Source: Polyangiales bacterium
Lineage (GTDB): Bacteria; Myxococcota_A; Polyangia; Polyangiales; JADJQN01
Length of the DNA stretch: 64,000 nt
Assembly (NCBI GenBank): GCA_964202905.1
Contig: CAXNJO010000003.1
Coordinates: forward strand, 160,001 to 224,000
Reading direction: 5' to 3'
Shown: positions 42,864 to 51,737 of the stretch, piece by piece
Layout of the letters: every line of letters begins with the position of its first letter
How positions within the stretch are numbered: position 1 is the stretch's first letter
Translations under genes and position numbers: made by a program
Notes under the pieces: generated by a model
What the model was told of the DNA's origin: nothing
The model's database searches: none
The model's input: the letters and a program-made list of their open reading frames with translations, nothing else

Positions 42864-43342
42864 CGGCGTTCCGGGTCCCGCCGCGCCGCCCGAATCGCCG
42901 CGAAGAAGGCCGAGAGCTGCGCGCCGCACGCGTCCGCGAGAACGCCCGGTACGGCCTCGAAGACGTGGTTGAGGCGAGCATCCGTGCCGATGCCGTAGAG
43001 CGAGCGCACGGCCCCCGCCTTGGGGTCGTCGGCGCCCCACACCACGCGCGCGACGCGGGCGCTGACGAGGGCGCCGGCGCACATCGCGCACGGTTCGAGC
43101 GTCACGTAACAGGTGACGCCCTCGAGCCGCCAGGTCCCGAGCCGCGCCGCCGCCGCGCGCACCGCGATGTGTTCGGCGTGCGCCGTCGGGTCCTGCGCGC
43201 GCTCGCGCAGGTTGTAACCGCGCCCGACGACCACGCCCTCCCGCACGCACACCGCGCCGACCGGCACCTCGCCGAGCGCCTCAGCCCGCGCAGCCTCCGC
43301 GAGCGCGAGGCGCATGAAGTGCTCGTCGTCCATCGTGCCCAT
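42860..43342 (-). CDS. tadA: tRNA adenosine(34) deaminase
   Basis: GEVPVGAV, DPTAHAE, TLEPCAMCAGA, DPKAGA, LNH. Confidence 0.95.
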   Translation of the reverse strand: MGTMDDEHFMRLALAEAARAEALGEVPVGAVCVREGVVVGRGYNLRERAQDPTAHAEHIAVRAAAARLGTWRLEGVTCYVTLEPCAMCAGALVSARVARVVWGADDPKAGAVRSLYGIGTDARLNHVFEAVPGVLADACGAQLSAFFAAIRAARRDPERR

Positions 43343-43404
43343 GCGTGTCGCTCGGAGCGCGTCTCGGCGCGTAGCTCGGGGGTGGAGGGAACACCGCCCT
43401 CATC

Positions 43405-43624
43405 GTGCAGCACGCGGGCTTACCACGAAGACATCCGGCGGTGACCGCGCCCGGCGGCGAGCGACATCGAGGGATGTCGGCCCCATCGCGTGCGGGTCCG
43501 CATCCACCGGACGTGCTCAGCGCTGGTGAGCTTCCCCGCCGACCGTCAGCGCATCGGACTTCGACTCGGGACTTCAACCGCAGGAACTGCTGACCCGGGG
43601 TCTGACGATCCGCGCGGGCTGCAC
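43405..43624 (-). ncRNA. Candidate structured RNA of unknown family
   Basis: Terminal stem 43405-43418/43610-43624 encloses at least five helices; GU wobbles favour the minus strand. Confidence 0.5.
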
Positions 43625-43661
43625 TCCTGAGAGACTGCAACCCTTGCAGACTGAGCCCTCG

Positions 43662-43750
43662 GAAATACTGCAGCCCCCAGAGATACTGCAGCCCCCAGAG
43701 ATACTGCGGCCCCCAGAGTTCTGCGGCCCCCAGAGATACTGCAACCCGGG
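43662..43750. repeat. 18-bp tandem repeat, 5 copies (GAGATACTGCRGCCCCCA)
   Basis: Units start at 43662, 43680, 43698, 43716 (17 bp) and 43733 (degenerate). Confidence 0.92.
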
Positions 43751-43789
43751 GAACTGCGACCGAGACACCTGCAGCGAGGCGGAGCGTAG

Positions 43790-43863
43790 CGGGCCCAGGA
43801 AGATTCGAACTTCCGACACCTGGTTCCGTAGACCAGTGCTCTATCCAGCTGAGCTATGGGCCC
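43790..43863 (-). tRNA. tRNA-Arg(ACG)
   Basis: GGGCCCA acceptor stem, TAGCTCAGCTGGATAGAGC D-arm, anticodon arm CTGGT-CT-ACG-GA-ACCAG. Confidence 0.97.
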
Positions 43864-43876
43864 TGAGAAGGCGCGT

Positions 43877-43904
43877 ATCGTAGCGGCCGATCCGACAATG
43901 TCAA
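43877..43904 (-). promoter_or_regulatory. Sigma70-type promoter of tRNA-Arg(ACG)
   Basis: TTGACA-N16-TACGAT, 13 nt upstream of the tRNA. Confidence 0.75.
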
Positions 43905-43905
43905 C

Positions 43906-43995
<90 letters not shown>

Positions 43996-44012
43996 AGATG
44001 CGAGGGGCGCGA

Positions 44013-44041
44013 TGTGTAGCGAGCCTGCGACGGCCTGTCAA
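44013..44041 (-). promoter_or_regulatory. Sigma70-type promoter of tRNA-Ser(GCT)
   Basis: TTGACA-N17-TACACA(T). Confidence 0.6.
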
Positions 44042-44078
44042 TCTCGCGCGTGCACACGCGGCGTGCCACGGTCGCGCG

Positions 44079-44765
44079 ATGCCCTGCCCCGCCCCGCCGC
44101 GCCCCCTGCCAACCCGGCCCCCGGCGCCGCGACACGCCGCGATCCGCGGCCTCACGTTCGCCGCCGCCATGCTCGCCGCAGGCACGCTGGCCGCGCCCCG
44201 CGCAGCGCACGCGTGCACCTGCGAGCCCACCGATCCGCAGACGCGATACACCACCGCGGACGCGGTGTTCGAGGGGCGCGTCCGCGCGATCGCGCGGCTC
44301 GGCGATCCGGAGGTCGGGCCCGCCCGGCTCGCGGTGACCTTCGAGGTCGTGCAGACGTGGAAGGCGGCGGACGCGGAGCAGGTCGTCGTCACGACGCCCT
44401 CGGACGAGGCCGCCTGCGGGGTGCGCTTCGAGGTGGGGCGCTCCTGGCTCGTCTACGCGGCCAGCGATGCCACGGGCGCGCTCTCGACCGGCTCGTGCAG
44501 CGGCACGCAGACGCGCGAAGAGGCCGACGAGAACGTCGCGGCGCTCGGCGCCGGGGTCACGCCCGTCGAGGTGCAGGACGCGCCCGTGCGCGCGCGGGCC
44601 GCGGCGCCGGGTGCGGGCGGCTGCGCGAGCTGCACCGTGGCTGGCGCATCCCCGCTCTCGGGGGCGCCGCTCGCGCTCGGCCTCGTCGCCCTGCTGCGCG
44701 CTGCCCGGGGACGATCGCGTCGCCGTCCCCGAGCGCGCGCCGCGCGCGGCGCCGTCAGCCCTTGA
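44079..44765 (+). CDS. TIMP/NTR-like secreted protein with a MYXO-CTERM-like C-terminal anchor
   Basis: Signal peptide ..AHA|CTC; ADAVFEGRV, F.V..TWK, AACG..F..G..WLVYA, CSGT; tail GGCASC-hydrophobic-RRR. Confidence 0.72.
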   Translation: MPCPAPPRPLPTRPPAPRHAAIRGLTFAAAMLAAGTLAAPRAAHACTCEPTDPQTRYTTADAVFEGRVRAIARLGDPEVGPARLAVTFEVVQTWKAADAEQVVVTTPSDEAACGVRFEVGRSWLVYAASDATGALSTGSCSGTQTREEADENVAALGAGVTPVEVQDAPVRARAAAPGAGGCASCTVAGASPLSGAPLALGLVALLRAARGRSRRRPRARAARGAVSP

Positions 44766-45663
44766 GGATCGCGATAGCGTCGCGGAGGAGCTTCGCGCCC
44801 TCGGCCTCCGGCCGCTGGAACGCGTTGCGCCCCATGATCGAGCCGTTGCCGCCGCCGTCCTTGATGGCGCGGATCTCGTCGAGCACCGCGTCGGTGCTCT
44901 TCGTCGCGCCGCCCGAGAAGATCACGATGCGCTTGCCGTCGAAGCACGCCTGCACGACGTGGCGCACGCGGTCGGCGAGCGTGTCGATCTTCACGGTGGC
45001 GTAGGCCTTCTTCGCCTCGGCCTGCTCCACGTGGGCCGTCGGCAACTTCACCTTCACGATGTGCGCGCCGAGCAGGCACGCGATGTGCGCGGAATAGGCG
45101 ACGACGTCGATGGCGAGCTCGCCGTCCTTCGAGAGCTTGCCGCCGCGCGGGTAGGCCCAGACGATCGTCGGCAAGCCCGCCTTGCGGGCCTCGTTCGTGA
45201 GGGCGCGGAGGTCGGCGTACGTCTCGTTCCGGCCGCCGGAGCCCGGGTAAATCGTGTAGCCGATCGCCGAACAGCCGAGGCGCAGCGCGTCGTCGACGGC
45301 GGAGGTGATCGCCGACTGCGGCTCAGCGGGGCCGCCCAGCGAGTCGCTGTTGTTCACCTTGAGAATGAGCGGGATGGCGCCCGCGTACTCGCGCGCGATC
45401 GCCTCGAGCGATCCGAGGGGTGCGGCGTAGGCGTTGCATCCCGCGTCGACGGCGAGCTGGGGGAAGTAGCGCGGGTCGTAGCCCGCGGGGTTCGCGGAGA
45501 AACTCCGCGCGGGGCCGTGCTCGAAGCCCTGATCGACGGGCAGGATGACGAGCTTGCCCGTGCCGGCCAGCGTGCCCGCGCCGAGCATGCGCCGGAGGTT
45601 GCCGAGGACGCCGGGGGACTCCGACGCGTAATTCGCAAGGATCCGTTCGACCGCTTCGCTCAT
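44755..45663 (-). CDS. fbaB: Class I fructose-bisphosphate aldolase (DhnA type)
   Basis: GKLVILPVDQGFEHGP, GYTIYPGS, WAYPRG, HIVKVKLP, FSGG, MGRNAFQR. Confidence 0.93.
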   Translation of the reverse strand: MSEAVERILANYASESPGVLGNLRRMLGAGTLAGTGKLVILPVDQGFEHGPARSFSANPAGYDPRYFPQLAVDAGCNAYAAPLGSLEAIAREYAGAIPLILKVNNSDSLGGPAEPQSAITSAVDDALRLGCSAIGYTIYPGSGGRNETYADLRALTNEARKAGLPTIVWAYPRGGKLSKDGELAIDVVAYSAHIACLLGAHIVKVKLPTAHVEQAEAKKAYATVKIDTLADRVRHVVQACFDGKRIVIFSGGATKSTDAVLDEIRAIKDGGGNGSIMGRNAFQRPEAEGAKLLRDAIAILKG

Positions 45664-45760
45664 GTTCGCCTCCGCCCGACGGGCCGGACAGCGCAGGAGG
45701 GCGCGGCCGCCGCGGGCGCGCGAGGATAGCGGGAAGGCGAGCGCACCGCACCCGCGTTCG

Positions 45761-45997
45761 TCAGAGCCCGCCGGAGCGCTTCTTCTGCTGCTCGAAGGCC
45801 TGCGCGATCTGGGCGCGGATCTCGTGGCGCAGCACCACGCCGGAGGGCGGACGCGCGCCTTCGTCGATCCCCGTACGCACGCCAGCCCAGCCGCACGCAC
45901 AGCGCCAGAGCAAAGTCACGCCGTCATCGCCCTCAAGCCGCTCGACGGCGAGGCCTTCGGCACAACGGGGACAGGTCCTCGACTCGTCTTGGTTCAT
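45761..45997 (-). CDS. Small zinc-finger-like protein (78 aa)
   Basis: MNQDESRTCPRC...LWRCACGW; GGAG-like RBS upstream. Confidence 0.5.
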   Translation of the reverse strand: MNQDESRTCPRCAEGLAVERLEGDDGVTLLWRCACGWAGVRTGIDEGARPPSGVVLRHEIRAQIAQAFEQQKKRSGGL

Positions 45998-46072
45998 CGC
46001 GCAGCGCCAGCAGTATAGCGAGGATGCATCGAGCGGCTCCGGAAAATTCGTCGGGCGTCGCGCGCGTTCGGG

Positions 46073-46159
46073 CGGAGGAGAAGGGATTCGAACCCCTGGT
46101 GGAGTTACCCCCACGGCGGTTTTCAAAACCGCTGCCTTAGACCACTCGGCCACTCCTCC
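46073..46159 (-). tRNA. tRNA-Ser(TGA)
   Basis: GGAGGAG acceptor stem, anticodon arm GCGGT-TT-TGA-AA-ACCGC, long variable arm. Confidence 0.97.
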
Positions 46160-46242
46160 TGCGGAGGGGGACGCGTATACCACGAAGCACGTCCTGCGCG
46201 GTTGGCCTTCGCCGCGCGGCGAGCGCGGGATAGACTGGCCGC

Positions 46243-47031
46243 GTGTCGCCGCCCCTCCGCGCCCTGCTCGGCCTCGCGCTCGGCCTCGCGTTCACGGGCT
46301 GCATACCCGATCGCGCGGGCACCGCGCGCGCGGTCGGGGATGGCGGCGTCCGCGCCCACGACGGAGGCACGCGCGACGCCGCACCGCCGTCGGACGCGAC
46401 GGCCGGGACGGACGCGGACGCTCCGGGAGACGCGGGGGACGACGACGGAGACGCCGGCGCACCGCCCCTCGACGCGGGGCCGCCGCCGGAGGTCGCGTTC
46501 GAGGTCCGCCTCGACGGGACCTCCTGCCCCGCGCTCACGCCCTGCGGCGGCACGCTGGACGAGACGCGCTGGGAGCTGACCGGCGGCTGCGTCGCGTTCC
46601 CGCAGGTCAACGAACTCCGGCGTGCGTGCGCAAGCGCGACGGTCTCGGGGACGGGAACCGCCCGCGGACGCGTCACGTTCTCCGGCGGCACGATGCGGCG
46701 CGAGCTCTCGGCGACCTGGCGCGGCGCCGTGTCGGTGCCGAGGGGTTGCGCCGCCTTCGTCGGCGGATGCGACGGCGTGGCGAACACGGTCCGCGTCAAC
46801 GTCCCCGGCGCGACGGTGAGCTGCCCCGCAGACGCTGCCGGTGACTGCGCATGCACCGTGACCGTGTCGCCACCGCTCGACGACACAGCGCCCTACCGCG
46901 TCGAGGGCGAGCAGTTCGTCACCGACGCCCCGGCACGCCGCTGGAGCTTCTGCGTCACGGGCGACGCGCTGCGGTACGCGGGGGCGAGCGGCGCCGTCGA
47001 GCCGGGAACCTTCGCGTTCCGTCGGCTCTGA
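46243..47031 (+). CDS. Cys-containing lipoprotein
   Basis: Lipobox FTGC; DAG-rich linker; PCGG.L...W...GGC; C-terminal FCVTGD.L. Confidence 0.7.
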   Translation: MSPPLRALLGLALGLAFTGCIPDRAGTARAVGDGGVRAHDGGTRDAAPPSDATAGTDADAPGDAGDDDGDAGAPPLDAGPPPEVAFEVRLDGTSCPALTPCGGTLDETRWELTGGCVAFPQVNELRRACASATVSGTGTARGRVTFSGGTMRRELSATWRGAVSVPRGCAAFVGGCDGVANTVRVNVPGATVSCPADAAGDCACTVTVSPPLDDTAPYRVEGEQFVTDAPARRWSFCVTGDALRYAGASGAVEPGTFAFRRL

Positions 47032-47067
47032 CGCGCGAGTTGGCAGCGCGCGGAGCCGCATGTTTCA

Positions 47068-48054
47068 ATGACGCGCGTGATCTTCCGCCGGCCGCTCAGC
47101 GCCCTCCCCGGCGCCCTCCTCGCGCTCGTGCTCGCAGCCTGTGCGAACGGCGGAACGCCCGACCCCGGCGTCCGCGAGGTCGACTCCGGCGAGGGCCCCG
47201 ACCTCGGCGACCCGCCCCCCGAGGACGCTGCGGCGCCCGACTGCGTGCCTGCGTGCGCCGTCGGCCAGCTCTGCCGACTCGGCACCTGCATCGACCCGGT
47301 GGCCGACGCCGACGGTGACGGCGTGCCCTCCGCGGAGGACTGCGACGACTCCGCGCCGACCATCGGACGGAGCGGCGATCGCTCGTGCACGTCGGTGTGC
47401 GGCGTCGGCGTCGAGCGCTGCACGAACGGCGTGTGGGGCGCGTGCTCCGCGCCGAGCCGCTGCGACTGCACCGATGGCGATGCGCCCCGCGACGTCCCCT
47501 GCGGCTTCTGCGGCACGCAACAGCAGCTCTGCCTCGGCGGCACGTGGATGAACGCGGGCGGCTGCAGCGCGAGCGGCGAGTGCGCGGCGGACAGCGTCGA
47601 ATCGGGCGGCGCCTGCGGCCGCTGCGGGACGCGCATGCGCGCCTGCGACACGGCGTGCGCGTGGGGCGCGGAGACGTGCGTCGGCGAGGGCGAGTGCGTG
47701 GCGGGGACGACCGAGACCGACACGGAGCCCTGCGGCTGCGGCACGCGCACGCGGACGCGCACCTGTTCGGCGAGCTGCGGCTGGGGCGCGTGGAGCGCGT
47801 TCGGCGCCTGCTCGGCCGCGGGCGACTGCGTGCCCGGCGCAACACGTCAAGGTACTTGCGATATGTGCTCGCAAGAGGTCTGCACGAGCAGCTGTACGTG
47901 GTCGGGCACCTGCGCGCTGCGTGCGGGCAACGCGTGCGACTACGAGTCGGGCACCAACTTCCGCGCGTGCGCGGGGGGCACCTGCTCGACGTCGCGCTGC
48001 TGGCAGTTCTGCGCGACGTCCTGCCAGTACTACAGCTGTCAGAACCGTCCCTGA
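47068..48054 (+). CDS. Cys-rich lipoprotein with TSP1-like motifs
   Basis: Lipobox LAAC; DADGDG..DCDD; repeated CG.CGT..R.C...C.WG; GTRTRTRTC..WGAWS. Confidence 0.75.
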   Translation: MTRVIFRRPLSALPGALLALVLAACANGGTPDPGVREVDSGEGPDLGDPPPEDAAAPDCVPACAVGQLCRLGTCIDPVADADGDGVPSAEDCDDSAPTIGRSGDRSCTSVCGVGVERCTNGVWGACSAPSRCDCTDGDAPRDVPCGFCGTQQQLCLGGTWMNAGGCSASGECAADSVESGGACGRCGTRMRACDTACAWGAETCVGEGECVAGTTETDTEPCGCGTRTRTRTCSASCGWGAWSAFGACSAAGDCVPGATRQGTCDMCSQEVCTSSCTWSGTCALRAGNACDYESGTNFRACAGGTCSTSRCWQFCATSCQYYSCQNRP

Positions 48055-48124
48055 GCGCGGCAAGCGCGCGTTATCCTCCGCACGCAGCGCCCCGGCTGGG
48101 GCGCCGACGCACGAGGAGACCGCG

Positions 48125-49903
48125 ATGCCCGCAGACACCATCCCGCTGCGCCTGATCGAACAGGCGCGCAAACTCGGCGACGCCCCCGCACTCTGCGAGA
48201 AGCGCGGCGGCCTCTGGCACGCGCGCTCGTGGCGCGAGTACGGCGAGCTCGTGCGCCAGGCGAGCCGCGCGCTCATCGCGCTCGGCTGCGCGCCGGGGAG
48301 CACCGTGTCGATCCTCGGGTTCAACCGGCTCGAATGGGTCGTGATGGACGTCGCCTGCATGAGCATCGGCGGCGCGCCCGCGGGCATCTACACGACGTGT
48401 TCGCCGAGCGAGGTGCAGTACATCGTGCACCACGCCGAGTCGCCGGTCGTGCTGGTCGAGAACCTCGAGCAGTGGCGCAAGATCGAGAAGGAGCGCGCGA
48501 ATCTCCCGCTCCTCCGGCACGTCGTCACGATGCGCGATTGCCCGCCGATCGACGATCCGATCGTGCTCTCGTGGGACGATTTTCTCGCGCGCGGGGACGC
48601 CGCGAGCGACGCCGATTACCGCGCACGCGTGCACGCGCTCGAGCCCGGCGCGCTCGCGACGCTCATCTACACCTCGGGCACCACGGGGCCGCCGAAGGGC
48701 GTGATGCTCTCGCACCGCAATCTCACCTTCACGGCCGACACCGCGCTCTCGCTCACGGACTCGACGGCACAGGACGTCGCGCTCAGCTACCTGCCGCTCT
48801 CGCACATCGCCGAGCAGATGTTCTCCGTGCACGGGCCGATCACCGCCGGCCTGAAACTCTACTTCGCCGAGTCGATCGAGCGCGTGCCCGAGAACCTCAA
48901 GGAGGTGCGGCCGACGGTGCTCTTCGCGGTCCCGCGGATCTGGGAGAAGTTCCACGCGGGCATCTCCGGCAAGCTCGCCGAGGCACGCGGCCCGAAGGCG
49001 CGCATCGCCGCCTGGGCGCGCTCGGTCGGCACGCGCGTGAGCGCCCGGAAGTCGAAGGGCGAGCCGCTGCCGCGCGCGCTCGCGCTCGAGTACGCGCTCG
49101 CCGACAAGCTCGTGTTCGCGAAGCTGAAGGCCGCGCTCGGCCTCGATCGGGCGCGGGTCTGCGTGAGCGGCGCGGCGCCCGTCGCGCGCGAGGTGCTCGA
49201 GTTCATGGCGAGCCTCGACATCCTCGTGAGCGAGGTCTACGGGCAGTCGGAGGACACCGGTCCGACGACCTTCAACCGCCCCGGCGCCATCCGCTTCGGC
49301 ACCGTCGGGACGCGCGTCCCCGGCGTCGAGGTGCGGATCGCGGACGACGGCGAGATCCTCGTGCGCGGGCAAAACGTCTTCCTCGGCTACTACAAGGAGC
49401 CCGAAGCGACGGCCGAGACGCTCGTCGATGGCTGGCTGCGCTCGGGCGATCTGGGCGCCTTCGACGCCGATGGCTTTCTCACGATCACCGGCCGCAAGAA
49501 GGAGATCCTCATCACCGCGGGCGGCAAGAACATCGCCCCGAAGAACCTCGAGGCCGCGCTCAAGAATCACCCGCTCGTGAGCGAGGCCGTGATCATCGGC
49601 GACCGGCGCAAGTACCTGACCGCGCTCGTCACGCTCGATCCGGAGGCGCTCGCGACGCTCTGTGCGGAGCGGGGTCTCGACCCAGCGACCGCGCACGCGG
49701 CGCCGAGCGTGCGCGCCGCAATCCAGGGCGCCGTCGACCGCATGAACGAAGAACTCGCGCGCGTCGAGCAGGTGAAGAAGTTCACCGTGCTGCCGCGCAA
49801 CTTCAGCGTGCAGGACGGCGAGCTGACCCCGACGCTCAAGGTGAAGCGCAAGATCGTGTACGCGCACTTCGCCACCGAGATCGAGGCGATGTACGTCGAC
49901 TGA
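48125..49903 (+). CDS. Long-chain fatty acyl-CoA ligase (AMP-dependent)
   Basis: GAGGAG RBS; YTSGTTGPPKG, YLPLSH, YGQSE, SGDLG, GRKKE, ELTPTLK. Confidence 0.93.
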   Translation: MPADTIPLRLIEQARKLGDAPALCEKRGGLWHARSWREYGELVRQASRALIALGCAPGSTVSILGFNRLEWVVMDVACMSIGGAPAGIYTTCSPSEVQYIVHHAESPVVLVENLEQWRKIEKERANLPLLRHVVTMRDCPPIDDPIVLSWDDFLARGDAASDADYRARVHALEPGALATLIYTSGTTGPPKGVMLSHRNLTFTADTALSLTDSTAQDVALSYLPLSHIAEQMFSVHGPITAGLKLYFAESIERVPENLKEVRPTVLFAVPRIWEKFHAGISGKLAEARGPKARIAAWARSVGTRVSARKSKGEPLPRALALEYALADKLVFAKLKAALGLDRARVCVSGAAPVAREVLEFMASLDILVSEVYGQSEDTGPTTFNRPGAIRFGTVGTRVPGVEVRIADDGEILVRGQNVFLGYYKEPEATAETLVDGWLRSGDLGAFDADGFLTITGRKKEILITAGGKNIAPKNLEAALKNHPLVSEAVIIGDRRKYLTALVTLDPEALATLCAERGLDPATAHAAPSVRAAIQGAVDRMNEELARVEQVKKFTVLPRNFSVQDGELTPTLKVKRKIVYAHFATEIEAMYVD

Positions 49904-49971
49904 GCGGCGCGTCGTCTCGATGTGACTTTGCTCGCGCGGCGCGCAGGATGGCGCGGATAGTCTCTTTCCGC

Positions 49972-50939
49972 ATGCGCACTCTGCCCCGCCCCACGCTGCC
50001 CGGACACGCCGCTCTCGGCCTCGCCGCCACCCTCGCCTGCACCGCGTGCGCGGGCGAGGACCCGGCTCCGCCGGGCCCCGGCGTGACGATCAGCGACCGC
50101 GCGATCACGGCATCGACGGGCACCTTCCGCGTGCCCGGGGGCGCGGACCTCTTCGAGTGCTTCTACACGAGCACGATCACGGACCGCGAGCTCGCGACGC
50201 GCGGCGCGATGGCCGTGCAGGGCGAGGGCGGCCACCACCTCGCGCTCTACTACACGATGGCGCACATGCCGCCGCAGCATCACCCCTGCGACGACGCGGA
50301 GATGGCGAACTGGAACATCGTCGCGGTGGCCGGCAGCGAGGCGGGCGGCGGCGACGACCAGACGCTCCCCGAGGGCCTCGCGACGCGCATCCCGCCGGGC
50401 GCGCAGCTCGTCATCCAGGCGCACTACATCAACGCGCGAGCCGGAGGAGCTCGCGGTCGCGGACGTGCTCGACGTCGAGGTCGTCGACCCCTCGACCGTC
50501 ACGGCGTACGCGAACCAGTTCGTGCTGAACCACGAGGGCTTCGACGTCGCCGCGCGCTCACGCGTCGAGGCGACGTACGTGTGCCGCGCGCCGCAGGACC
50601 TGCAGATCGCGATGTTCATGGGGCACATGCACCAGAGCGGCGTGCACTTCCGCCTCGAGCGGCTGCCCGAGACGGGCGACGTCGGCGAGGTGATGTACGA
50701 GCACGACTGGGAGTCGGCCTACGTCTCGCATCCGCCCGTCGTGAAGTACACGATGGACGCGCCGCTCGCGATCCCCGTCGGGGACGCGCTTCCGCCAGCG
50801 CTGCCTCTGGGACAACACCAGCGACACGCCGCTCGCGTTCCCCACCGAGATGTGCATCACCGCGATGTGGTACTTCCCCGACACCGGCAGCGGGCAGATC
50901 TTCTGCGAGCGCGAGAGCGCCTCGCAGACGACGCTCTGA
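49972..50939 (+). CDS. Copper type II ascorbate-dependent monooxygenase-like (PHM/DBH fold) lipoprotein; two apparent frameshifts (~50440, ~50785)
   Basis: Lipobox CTAC; GHH, QAHYIN, GHMH and EMC motifs lie across three successive frames. Confidence 0.72.
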
Positions 50940-51055
50940 CCGCCGCGGACGCCCCGCATCGCTCGCCCAAACAAGGCGGCCCGCGCCATCGCTGAATGCT
51001 GATTCAGCGCGCGCGTGTCTATCGTCGCCGTCAGGAGTGAAACCGGGCGCGGGGC

Positions 51056-51563
51056 TCAGCCGGCGTCGTCGCTCACGCTCGCGTCGTCGATCAGGCCCGC
51101 GTCGTCGCTCACGCTCGCGTCGTCGATCAGGCCCGCGTCGTCGCTCACGCTCGCGTCGTCGATCAGGCCCGCGTCGTCGCTCACGCCGGCGTCGGGCTCC
51201 GGGTCGAGGCAGCGCGTCGGCACACACGACTTGCCGCGCGCGTCACCGAAACAGCGCGCCTCGCTACCGCACTGGTCGTCGCGTTCGCAGAGGCGTGTGC
51301 ACCACCACTGGTTCTCGGCGGGCGCGGCCGAGGCGAGGCAGAGGCCCGCGAGCGGGAACGCGCGGCACTCGCGGCCGCTCGGCGTGCAGAAGGTGCCGAC
51401 GCCGTTCTCGTTGCCGACGTCGCCGGGCTGCGCGCACGACTCGGGCGGGACGGCGAGGGGCGCGTCGACGCCGAGATCCACGGCGGGGGCCGCGTCGTCG
51501 TCGCCGCAGGCGGCAGAGGGCGGAGAGGGCGTGCAGGAGCAGGCAGGCGAAGCGGTGGCGCAT
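51056..51563 (-). CDS. Small Cys-rich lipoprotein with an acidic repeat tail; apparent 1-nt insertion in the signal peptide
   Basis: MRHRFACLLLHALSAL-(shift)-AACGDDD; GNENGVGTFC, CTRLC..D.QCG; tail (DASVSDDAGLID)n. Confidence 0.65.
51063..51186. repeat. Perfect 36-bp coding tandem repeat, about 3.4 copies
   Basis: gcgtcgtcgctcacgctcgcgtcgtcgatcaggccc at 51063, 51099 and 51135, partial at 51171. Confidence 0.95.
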
Positions 51564-51737
51564 GGCGCCGCGATCTATCACGCAAGCAGCGCCGCACCCC
51601 AAGATCGCGGCGCGGCCGCCAGACGTGAGCGCACTCACTGGTTTCGACGCGCGCGCGCGCCTGCACTCATTTTGAACCGCGCTTCATCCGGGCTAACCTG
51701 CGCAACGTCGCGCCGTCTGCGGCCCCCTGGAGTCTCC

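Noticed and set aside
43405..43624. Structured element as retron msr-msd, tmRNA, RNase P, 6S or raiA-motif RNA
   Set aside because: No reverse transcriptase is nearby, there are no tRNA-like tmRNA ends, and there is no GAGGAAAGTCC/CGGCTTA pair on one strand. The fold is multibranched rather than a 6S-like rod, and only short chance-level matches to raiA were seen.
43996..46072. Genes between tRNA-Ser(TGA) and tRNA-Ser(GCT) as an integrated mobile element
   Set aside because: No integrase, no duplicated tRNA 3' end was seen, GC is host-like, and fbaB is a housekeeping gene.
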